A DNA stretch of 64,000 nt from Eubacteriales bacterium. GTDB taxonomy: Bacteria > Bacillota > Desulfotomaculia > Desulfotomaculales > Nap2-2B. Below the pieces are notes generated by a model that searched no databases, was not told the origin of the DNA, and was given only the letters and a program-made list of their open reading frames with translations. Shown in pieces: positions 8,578 through 16,372 of this stretch. Location: NCBI GenBank assembly GCA_041653135.1, contig JBAZGB010000002.1, positions 24,838-88,837 on the forward strand. Reading direction: 5' to 3'. Made by a program: the position numbers and the translations under genes. Position 1 is the first letter of the stretch, and each line of letters starts with the position of its first letter.

Positions 8578-8910
8578 CTATAAGCACTCCCAAATTGTCA
8601 TCACAAAGACTCCTATATAGAGCAAAAACCATCGGTTGTCGATAACTTCTTTAGCCTGTTCAAGCCTGCCGGTCGCCGATAAAAATATCGCCATATTTAT
8701 ATGAGCGTTTATGTTTATCAAATATTCCCAGATAACTAATAAAAAACCCTTTATATAACTACCCACAAGAATGTATCCGAACCCGGGGAAGGCGGCTGAC
8801 CACCAGGCAGTTACCCAGGGATTTCTCATATGGAAGAAGTTAATGTTATGAGGGGTAATAATCCCTTTGGGCCGGCGTTGATTCCGCTGCTGCTGCTTGT
8901 CCGTCATCAT
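8578..8910 (-). CDS. Small polytopic membrane protein, paralog 1 of a pair (F-P-G-F-G-Y motif)
   Basis: 110-aa ORF with ATGATG start and RBS ggtggg. It ends ..TIWECL-TAG, then ADC-TGA. The C-terminus is shorter than the extended paralog. Confidence 0.6.
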   Translation of the reverse strand: MMTDKQQQRNQRRPKGIITPHNINFFHMRNPWVTAWWSAAFPGFGYILVGSYIKGFLLVIWEYLININAHINMAIFLSATGRLEQAKEVIDNRWFLLYIGVFVMTIWECL

Positions 8911-9070
8911 AACCCACCATCACTTTAACTATTAATAAAATTATAATAAAATTATTATCCCCTGCATTTTCCATATAATATATTTCCCAATTCAAATGCG
9001 CTGAACCTTTTATTCAGAATTCTTCTAAGACAAGCGCCTCGACGGGCCAGTGCGGAGGTGGGACCAAGGA

Positions 9071-9652
9071 CTAAATATCTTCATTAATGAAGACTTTTTC
9101 AACCAAATATTTCAAGAACAGACTTAATAATATATAAATAAAAAAGGAGTAAACATATTTCCACTTGTACATTTGATAAAGATTTAGCCAGACAAAAATT
9201 GGTTCGGCGATAAATGAGGCAACAAAAGAAAATATGATGTTTGCTGTGATAAAAGGTTTCCACTTAGGAAAATATTGATAAATTAACATATAGGATACAG
9301 GTAAAATACTAAATTTTACTGCAAGAAATCTAACAATATAGGGAACAAGCAGGTAAGGATAACCCCACAATGTTAATTCAATGCCTACATTATCCATCAA
9401 ACTTGTGAATATAAGAACAAGCAGCCCAAAAGCAAATATCTTACCGGATCTTTCCTTGTCTACTAACCACCACCAGATCACCCATGGAATAATTAATAGT
9501 GCAAGCTGCAGCCACCACTGAAAAGAAAACAACTCTACGCTCAACCAATGTTCTTTTCTTAACATGGTCAGATGCTGCTGTGCATTTACAATACTTTCTA
9601 TATTAGCTTTTTGGATTATAGTATTCATAACGTTATCTTGAAACTCAAACAT
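9071..9652 (-). CDS. Trp-rich polytopic membrane protein, CBO0543-family-like (assignment from memory, uncertain)
   Basis: 193-aa ORF in a visibly AT-rich block, with multiple TM segments (WWLQLALLIIPWVIWWWLV...). Confidence 0.6.
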   Translation of the reverse strand: MFEFQDNVMNTIIQKANIESIVNAQQHLTMLRKEHWLSVELFSFQWWLQLALLIIPWVIWWWLVDKERSGKIFAFGLLVLIFTSLMDNVGIELTLWGYPYLLVPYIVRFLAVKFSILPVSYMLIYQYFPKWKPFITANIIFSFVASFIAEPIFVWLNLYQMYKWKYVYSFFIYILLSLFLKYLVEKVFINEDI

Positions 9653-9854
9653 ATTTTAAATCTTATCTATTATTTCCAGTATCAAAATAAACTAGTCCTT
9701 TATATAGGTTTAATCATTCCTTTTCTTTTATTCATTAAAGCCCCGCTACCTTTCCCCCCGGCAGCAATCCTACCCCGCCAAGCTTCGGTTTTTCCTTCAT
9801 CAACGGTTCCCATCTTATTACGAAGCAGAAGTATTGGCGAATCAGCATAAGAGT

Positions 9855-9903
9855 GACGCGGACAATGACGCGGGGACGGGGTTATTGACACTATCACTTG
9901 ACA
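9855..9903 (+). repeat. Copy of the dispersed GGGGACGG / TTGACA-N7-TTGACA repeat module
   Basis: The sequence is tGACGCGGacaatGACGCGGGGACGGggttaTTGACActatcacTTGACA. It resembles the modules at 55635-55678 and 55880-55922 and lies ~125 bp upstream of the 10029 gene. Confidence 0.5.
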
Positions 9904-10028
9904 ATACAAGCATCCGGCGCTTATTTCCTTTCGGGCGCCTTGAACATCTGCAGCCTGAAATGAATATTTTACTTGAAAAAAGGGAAAGAGATTCTATAAT
10001 AAGGTAAAAACGGCGGGGTGATCCGGGT

Positions 10029-10865
10029 ATGAATTTTTCTTTCTCCGATGTATTTTGGTTTTTATTTCTTCTGCTGGCATTGTTGCCGATGTGGAAGCAG
10101 CGCGGCCTGGAGGGTATGCGAATCAGGCTGATCAGGAATTTGGAGAGAAAACGCGGTACGAGGCTGATCACGATCATTCACCGCCAGGAGGCGATCAGCT
10201 TCCTGGGGATTCCCATTTCGCGCTATATAAATGTTGAGGATTCCGAGGCGGTTTTAAGAGCGATCCGCCTCACCCCCGATGATATGCCCATTGATCTTCT
10301 GCTGCACACACCGGGGGGCCTTGTACTGGCCGCAGAGCAGATTGCCCGCTCGCTGCAAAAGCATAAGGCGAAGGTGACAGTATTTGTTCCCCATTACGCC
10401 ATGAGCGGAGGCACCATGATCGCCCTGGCAGCCGATGAGATAGTAATGGACGAAAACGCCGTGCTGGGTCCTGTTGATCCCCAACTGGGCAACTATCCGG
10501 CTATTTCCATTGTCGAGACAGTACGCAGCAAGGGAATTGACAAGGTTGACGACCAGACGCTTATTCTGGCCGATATTGCTACAAAGGCAATCCGGCAGGT
10601 AGAGGACTTTATCTCTTCGCTCCTGGAAGAAAAGATGTCCATTGAGGATTCGAAAAAAATATCCAGGCTGCTTTCCGGCGGGTCCTGGACGCATGATTAC
10701 CCCCTTACGCTTGAAAAATTGAGGGATTTTGGCTTAAAGGTAGAGGTTGGTTTACCGGAAGAGATCTACGATCTGATGGACCTTTACCCGCAGCCTCCCC
10801 AGCGCCGGCCTTCGGTTCAGTACATACCTCTGCCGTATGATAGAGAAAGGCAAAAAAGGCAATAA
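10029..10865 (+). CDS. SDH-family Clp-fold serine protease (membrane-anchored, SppA/ClpP-like)
   Basis: 278 aa with an N-terminal TM segment, then IDLLLHTPGGLVLAAEQIARSL..VPHYAMSGGTMIALAADEIVMD, typical of the SDH (serine dehydrogenase proteinase) Clp-fold family. Confidence 0.85.
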   Translation: MNFSFSDVFWFLFLLLALLPMWKQRGLEGMRIRLIRNLERKRGTRLITIIHRQEAISFLGIPISRYINVEDSEAVLRAIRLTPDDMPIDLLLHTPGGLVLAAEQIARSLQKHKAKVTVFVPHYAMSGGTMIALAADEIVMDENAVLGPVDPQLGNYPAISIVETVRSKGIDKVDDQTLILADIATKAIRQVEDFISSLLEEKMSIEDSKKISRLLSGGSWTHDYPLTLEKLRDFGLKVEVGLPEEIYDLMDLYPQPPQRRPSVQYIPLPYDRERQKRQ

Positions 10866-11148
10866 TTTAATTTTCGGCGGACCGTTTAATCACCGATCTC
10901 TGGTGTCCTTAAAAAAATCCCGGCGAGCCGCCAGATAAAGTTTGAAAAGCTTATTTGGCCCGATAAACCAGGCCATGATCTTTGGCTTAACCTTTTTGCT
11001 TTTCCATTTGTCAAGATAAATAACCGCGCCCATTATACAAACACTCCCCGGTTGGCTTCTTGTTAAGATTCTGCCCCGTAAGAGTATATTTTAAAAAAAG
11101 TTAACATATTCTTTTCTTTTTCCAAATGGCTCCAGCAAGAACCGAAAA

Positions 11149-11196
11149 GGGGCTATCCCGAACGGACATATACCACGCCGGGATTACCCTTTTTTT
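11149..11196 (+). terminator. Orphan rho-independent terminator-like hairpin (possibly a long 3' UTR of the 10029 gene)
   Basis: GGGGCTATCCCG ...loop... CCGGGATTACCC followed by TTTTTTT. No convincing plus-strand ORF lies between 10866 and the hairpin. Confidence 0.4.
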
Positions 11197-11282
11197 GCTA
11201 ATTGTTAAAATGACTATAAAGTTTGTTCAGCCAACCCTTTTACAATTACATACATTATAAGCAGAGGATATTTCACGGTTGT

Positions 11283-11798
11283 TTATGTTATACCAAACAC
11301 ACCGTCGCTGGTGTCTGTATAAGCGTTGTTGTCAATACTGGTTATCCAAATCTTGTAATCACTCCCGACAGCTTGATTCGAAGAAATCGTCCACTTGTAT
11401 GTACCGTTTCCGTTGCTGCCGATGGGGGCTGCGGATGTAATAACACGGTTTACAATGTTGTTCTTTAAAAGTTCGATCTTGACGTGACTGCCCGGGTTTC
11501 CGGAATATTTCCATTCAATGGTTTGTGTGCTTCCAGCTTCCCATGCTTCCCCGCCGTTCGGTACGGTTACAGCTATACCTTTTGATATAAATATGTTTGA
11601 TGTATCGCCGACATTGTTTAATGCCAGGTCGGCATTATTATCCGCCGCGTCTTTTAAGGTTTCTCCGTTAGCCGCAATCACCGCCCCGACTTCAATCCCG
11701 TTTGGATCTAAGTTGCCCGCTGCGTCGAGGTTTTGAGCGGTTTTATATGTTCCGTTGGATGGTACATCAACTGATGATACAGTTGGCGCATTACCATA
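11283..11798 (-). pseudogene. C-terminal fragment of a secreted/surface protein (Ig-like repeat domain), no start codon
   Basis: The frame is open from TAA at ~11799-11801, with no ATG/GTG/TTG before the internal GTG at 11681. It reads ...VSSVDVPSNGTYKTAQNLDAAGNLDPNGIEVGAVIAANGE...GGEAWEAGSTQTIEWKYSGNPGSHVKIELL...YKIWITS. Confidence 0.5.
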
Positions 11799-11888
11799 TT
11801 AGATCCCATAATATCCTTAAAGAATGCTTAAAGACAGCTGAAAATATTGTGGCGCCTAATCTTACAAAAAAGCCTACTCAGGCTGAAT

Positions 11889-13286
11889 TTAGAGAAATTT
11901 TTTACTTATCTTCTCGCCGTTGTATGAAAAGACGACGTTTTTACTGTCAACGACAGTCTCTATGTGTACCTTCCTTCCCCATATCTGATATACATAGGGA
12001 AGGGTCTTTTCCAGGTAGAAAACATCCAGCTCAACCCCTTCGTAGATATGCTTCAGATACAGGTCACCCTGCTTTCCGTAATCGCCGTCCTCCACCACAA
12101 GGTAGGGAAAACCGCAGTTGGTCAGGCTGCTGACGATCATGTCCCGGACCACTTCCCAGTCCTTCTCAACCACTTTCCATTCCGATCCCTGTTTTTTATA
12201 CAGGTATAGATCCATCTCCTCGATAAGATCCCTGCGAAGGTAGTTTCTTAAAAAGGAAGTGTCGTTTTCGGATTCCCTTACCTCAAAGATCTTGTTTCTT
12301 CCCCCGCCTTCCGCTCTTTTATACTTTTCCTTTTCTTCCTTACCGGGTTGGTCCCAGCTTTTTTCAATGGACTCGTAAAGTTTCAGGCCGATTAAATAGG
12401 GGTTTAAATGAAAACGGGAGGCCTGAACAACCCCTGTATGCATTTTGGCAAACTCTAAAGCCTCGTCCTCAGCCAGGTCCAGTTCGCGCATTATTTTCAG
12501 GTGCCAGTAGGTTGCCCAGCCCTCATTCATCACTTTGGTTTCCATCTGCGGCCAGAAGTAGAGCATTTCCTGCCTGATCACTGAAATTATGTCCCGCTGC
12601 CAGTCTTTGAGGTCGCGGGAATGCTCCATTAAAAAGAGCAGCAGGTCCTTTTGCGGTTTTTCGGGGAATCTCACGGTGTCTTCACTTTTATTTTCCCGGC
12701 TGGGCCGGTCCAGTTCCCAGAGGTCATCATAGAGTGTATATTCGGGTTCCTTTTTCCTGTCCTTTTTGAGGTTGAGAAAGCAGCGCGGGTCGACATGCTC
12801 CTCAATAGAAATAACCGCGTCCAGGAAAGACTCAACCTTGTCTTTGCCATACCGCATTTCGTAGCCCCTGAACCGTTCCGCCGCCCCCGCCATGGATTCG
12901 ACCATATTCCGGGCAGTGCGTTGAAAATGAATGTTATTCTTAAAGAAATCACAATGGGCCAGAACATGTGCAATGACCAGCTTGTTTTGGACAAGCGAAT
13001 TCCCCTCCAGCAAGAAAGCATAGCAGGGGTTGGAATTGATCACGAGTTCGTAGATCCGGCTCAGATTGTAGTCGTACTGGGTTTTTATCTTGTGGTAGGC
13101 TTTTCCGAATGTCCAGTGTGAATAGCGGGTGGGCATGCCGTATGCCCCGAAAGTATACAGTATGTCAGCCGGGCATATTTCAAAAAAGATATCGTAGAAG
13201 TCAAGCCCGAATTCTCTCGCTGTGGCAGTTATCTTTTCAACGGCTTTTTCCAGCAGGCGCAGTTCGTCATTTGCCATAAAAATCAC
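11889..13286 (-). CDS. spoVR: Stage V sporulation protein R (SpoVR family)
   Basis: 465 aa with SpoVR-family sequence throughout (ICPADILYTFGAYGMPTRYSHWTFGK...NEGWATYWH...). The usual prkA and yhbH partner genes are not adjacent here. Confidence 0.93.
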   Translation of the reverse strand: MIFMANDELRLLEKAVEKITATAREFGLDFYDIFFEICPADILYTFGAYGMPTRYSHWTFGKAYHKIKTQYDYNLSRIYELVINSNPCYAFLLEGNSLVQNKLVIAHVLAHCDFFKNNIHFQRTARNMVESMAGAAERFRGYEMRYGKDKVESFLDAVISIEEHVDPRCFLNLKKDRKKEPEYTLYDDLWELDRPSRENKSEDTVRFPEKPQKDLLLFLMEHSRDLKDWQRDIISVIRQEMLYFWPQMETKVMNEGWATYWHLKIMRELDLAEDEALEFAKMHTGVVQASRFHLNPYLIGLKLYESIEKSWDQPGKEEKEKYKRAEGGGRNKIFEVRESENDTSFLRNYLRRDLIEEMDLYLYKKQGSEWKVVEKDWEVVRDMIVSSLTNCGFPYLVVEDGDYGKQGDLYLKHIYEGVELDVFYLEKTLPYVYQIWGRKVHIETVVDSKNVVFSYNGEKISKKFL

Positions 13287-13575
13287 TCCTAACCAGATAC
13301 AGCTTTGAAGATCACATATATAAATAGTATATGATCACCGCTGCGCCTTTTGGACGTCCGAAGCCGTTTTTCTTGAAGTTCTTTTCCGGGTGGCCGGTCG
13401 AAGTCAAGCCTGACCCTTCATGCGGGAAGCAATGACAAACAGCGCCGGCTTGAAATGTTCTTATGTAAATCAGTAAAGTCTTCAAGCCTCCTTAAACAAC
13501 GTTGGTATAAGTTAATCAATAAGCTATCAAGAACGCTTGTACAGAGATATTTTATAAAATATAATTACTTTTAAG

Positions 13576-14628
13576 TTGAATGCACAAAGGTTGATGATTT
13601 CAATGCTTCGTAAAATCTTTAGTAATCTTTTCTTAAGAGGAATTGCTGCTTTTATTTTATGTTTCTTTATATGTTTCTTTTCCGTCACCACTATAGCAAG
13701 TAAGTTCGGGATTTCTTTTCCAGCTTTACAGACTGTCATTAAACAAAATCAGGTTCAAAGCAACATGAACAAAAAGGGTCTGCCTTTTCAGACAGTATCA
13801 CTTACATGGACCGGACTTCATAAAAAAGAGCCGCCGGCCGTGGTCCTTATGTATCACTGTATTGGCGACGACAACCTTACTTCAGGACGAATTACTGTTA
13901 CACCTGCACAGTTTGCTAACGAACTGGACACTCTTTTAAAAGACGGCTATCACATAATACCGATTGAGGAATACATAAATTGTCTCGACGGGAAATCAAC
14001 AGTCCCCTCCAAGAGTATCGTTATAACATTTGATGACGGTTACGAATCTTTTTATAAATATGCATATCCTGAACTGCGCAAAAGGCATTTGAGCGCCACT
14101 AATTTTATTATTGTCGGAAGTATTGGAAAAAAGACAGCTGGAAATTTGCCCTACTTAACATGGAATGAAATCATAGATATGCATAACCATGGGATAAGCT
14201 TTTATCCCCATTCGTTCGACGGTCATTTTCTTTCGAAGATATATACTACCAGGATATTTGCTGCCAAAAAACCAAGGGGATGCCTGTCAGGAAGAATGTG
14301 GATAGAAGATAAAAAAAGATATGAAACAGAATCTGAGTTTGAGTCTAGAGTTACTGCTGATTTGACTGCCTCAAAAAGAATTATGGAAAAAGAGTTAAAA
14401 ACACCAATGCTTTGTTTTGCCTGGCCTTATGGAGCAGATTGCCCGCAGTCCTTGAAAATAGCAAATTCGATAGGCTTTAAGTATTTCTTTTACATTGATA
14501 ACCGCAAGTATTACAGTAACGCTTCCTATGTATGTATTCCAAGAGTAAATGCCGGAAGTAAATCTATTTCACCACGGATACTGGAATTTAAAATATTCAT
14601 TTTTAAAATACAAAAATACTTGATTTGA
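13576..14628 (+). CDS. Polysaccharide deacetylase (NodB-homology) family protein with N-terminal membrane anchor
   Basis: Motifs ITFDDGYESFYKYAYPELRKRHLSATNFII and LTWNEIIDMHNHGISFYPHSFDGH. The gene is AT-rich and the start is uncertain (TTG 13576 or a downstream ATG). Confidence 0.8.
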   Translation: MNAQRLMISMLRKIFSNLFLRGIAAFILCFFICFFSVTTIASKFGISFPALQTVIKQNQVQSNMNKKGLPFQTVSLTWTGLHKKEPPAVVLMYHCIGDDNLTSGRITVTPAQFANELDTLLKDGYHIIPIEEYINCLDGKSTVPSKSIVITFDDGYESFYKYAYPELRKRHLSATNFIIVGSIGKKTAGNLPYLTWNEIIDMHNHGISFYPHSFDGHFLSKIYTTRIFAAKKPRGCLSGRMWIEDKKRYETESEFESRVTADLTASKRIMEKELKTPMLCFAWPYGADCPQSLKIANSIGFKYFFYIDNRKYYSNASYVCIPRVNAGSKSISPRILEFKIFIFKIQKYLI

Positions 14629-14792
14629 GTTTAAGTTAGAGAAGCACCGTATTAAGCGGCGCAATGCGGTATTGTGGCGGTTCTTGATTTTTGGAAAATG
14701 AACCGGTTCAAGAAAGGAAGAGAGTCATTTTTTTTAATCTTCCTTTCCTGTTATAATCAAGATGAGATGATTATCAACCCGGGAGGAAGAAG

Positions 14793-15641
14793 ATGAACTG
14801 GAATAACTTAATCGATCCTCTCACAGGCTGGTTCCTTCATTCTGGGCTGCGCATCCTGCTGGTTATCGCCGCCGCCTTTATTGCGGAACGTCTGATCAAC
14901 ACCGCCTTAAAAAGGCTTGAGAACGTGCTGACCAGCCAGGAATACGTACAGGAAAACAAAAAACGCGTCCATACCCTGTTGGGAATTCTGCGCAAAATAA
15001 TTAGAGTCAGCGCTTTTGTGGTGGCGGTGATCATTATCCTCAACGAAATGGGAATCGATATCAGGCCGATTATCACGGCGGCCGGGATTGGCGGCCTGGC
15101 CCTTGGCTTCGGCGCCCAAAGCCTGGTCAAGGATGTAATCAGCGGATTTTTTATGCTTCTGGAAAACCAGATCAGGATCGGTGATGTTGTCTCTTTGAAC
15201 GGAACCTCTGGGGAAGTTATTTCGATAAATCTGAGAACGACCGTGCTGCGGGACTTAAGCGGCGTAATCCACATATTCCCCAACGGTTCGATAACTTCTG
15301 TCTCCAACATGACAAAGGACTGGTCAAGATACGTTATTGACCTGAACGTCGCCTACGGGGAAGATATCGACCGGATCACCGGGGCGCTTAAAAAAGTAGG
15401 CGAAGAGCTGTATAACGACCCGGAATACAAGCCGCTGATCCTCGCTCCCCTGGAAGTGCTGGGCGTTGACAGCTTCAGCCCGACCGGGGTCGTCATCAAA
15501 CTGATGGTTACCACACTGCCCCTGCAGCAGTGGAAAGTTGGACGCGAGCTTCGCAAAAGGATTAAAAATACATTTGATGAATCAGGTATAGAAATGCAGT
15601 ACCCGCAGGCATCCTTTTACTGGGGGGAAGAGAAGAAGTAA
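14793..15641 (+). CDS. Small-conductance mechanosensitive channel (MscS family)
   Basis: 282 aa with TM helices followed by the MscS beta-domain signature (GFGAQSLVKDVISGFFMLLENQIRIGDVV). An extended -10 (TGtTATAAT, 14749-14757) lies upstream. Confidence 0.88.
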   Translation: MNWNNLIDPLTGWFLHSGLRILLVIAAAFIAERLINTALKRLENVLTSQEYVQENKKRVHTLLGILRKIIRVSAFVVAVIIILNEMGIDIRPIITAAGIGGLALGFGAQSLVKDVISGFFMLLENQIRIGDVVSLNGTSGEVISINLRTTVLRDLSGVIHIFPNGSITSVSNMTKDWSRYVIDLNVAYGEDIDRITGALKKVGEELYNDPEYKPLILAPLEVLGVDSFSPTGVVIKLMVTTLPLQQWKVGRELRKRIKNTFDESGIEMQYPQASFYWGEEKK

Positions 15642-15686
15642 TCGAAGAAAACCGCTGCATCCGCTCACCCGGGCTGCAAACAAATC

Positions 15687-16175
15687 TCACGGTACAATCA
15701 GACATACAATCGTCAACCGATTAATGATCCCGGAGAAACAACAGATTGCCAACACCACATGCAAATTTTGCATGGCAACATCATGGATGATCTGATCATA
15801 CGCCCTCTGTAAAAATGAAGAATATACCGAAAAAACAGGTATCAGCCCACCTTTGGCCATACCCGCGGCAAAGGTTACGGCATGTTGCTCGGCAATCCCC
15901 ACATCAAAAAACCTTTTCGGATATTTTTTAGAAAATTCCACAAGGCCCGTGCCGATACCGGGTATTCTTGAAAAAGCTTTTCCCAAAACTTCCTTCATCC
16001 TGAAATAAGCAGGCTCCGCTCTTATTTGCGATAAATGTCTTAAAAGACCGCCTACATTTTCACTTATGGAAAATTCGTTGTCGTTTAAGACCACGATCAG
16101 ATTGTTGAGCGATCTTCCGGCGTCATTAAGCGCTTCAAAAGACATTCCGCCCGTGAGCGCCCCGTCACCGATCAC
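15687..16175 (-). pseudogene. dxs: 1-deoxy-D-xylulose-5-phosphate synthase remnant (internal deletion, truncated at both ends, frameshifted tail)
   Basis: [37 protein letters not shown] jumps directly to [43 protein letters not shown], then an unrelated tail. The product is only 162 aa; from memory a full-length DXS is several-fold longer. Confidence 0.8.
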
Positions 16176-16290
16176 GGAATTTAGGCAGCTTTATCGTCAA
16201 AGGCCACATATGCTTTAAGATAATATCCTTTTCCAACGCATTCAGGGAAAACTGCTTATCAGCCCGCTTATACAGTCCAGATATTCCGCA
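16165..16290 (-). pseudogene. C-terminal fragment of an HD-domain phosphohydrolase fused to the dxs remnant
   Basis: My translation is [44 protein letters not shown], preceded by an in-frame TGA and a 19-codon stub (16291-16350). The HMWPL motif recalls clostridial HD-domain proteins (from memory). Confidence 0.4.
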
Positions 16291-16372
16291 TCAGCGAAGG
16301 AATCCGGTTCCAGTTTTAATTTTGATATGATCCAGCCGATCATTTGGCATTGCTCCTTTTACGGGTTATTTT

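Noticed and set aside
9014-9073. An 18-codon in-frame extension after the TAG of the CBO0543-like gene (SLVPPPHWPVEALVLEEF)
   Set aside because: The composition switches abruptly from AT-rich coding to GC-rich sequence. It has no paralog or family support and its length is compatible with chance.
10890-11033. 47-codon minus-strand ORF (MGAVIYLDKWKSKKVKPKIMAWF...) downstream of the SDH protease gene
   Set aside because: It is short, basic and unsupported by any motif. The RBS spacing is only marginal. It could be real but cannot be supported from sequence alone.
13287-13575. 57-codon minus-strand ORF and AT-rich imperfect palindrome (GATCACATATAT..TAGTATATGATC) upstream of spoVR, considered as a relic of yhbH or a sigmaE promoter
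   Set aside because: The RBS-start spacing is too short, I cannot verify any homology, and no convincing sigmaE -35/-10 pair emerged.
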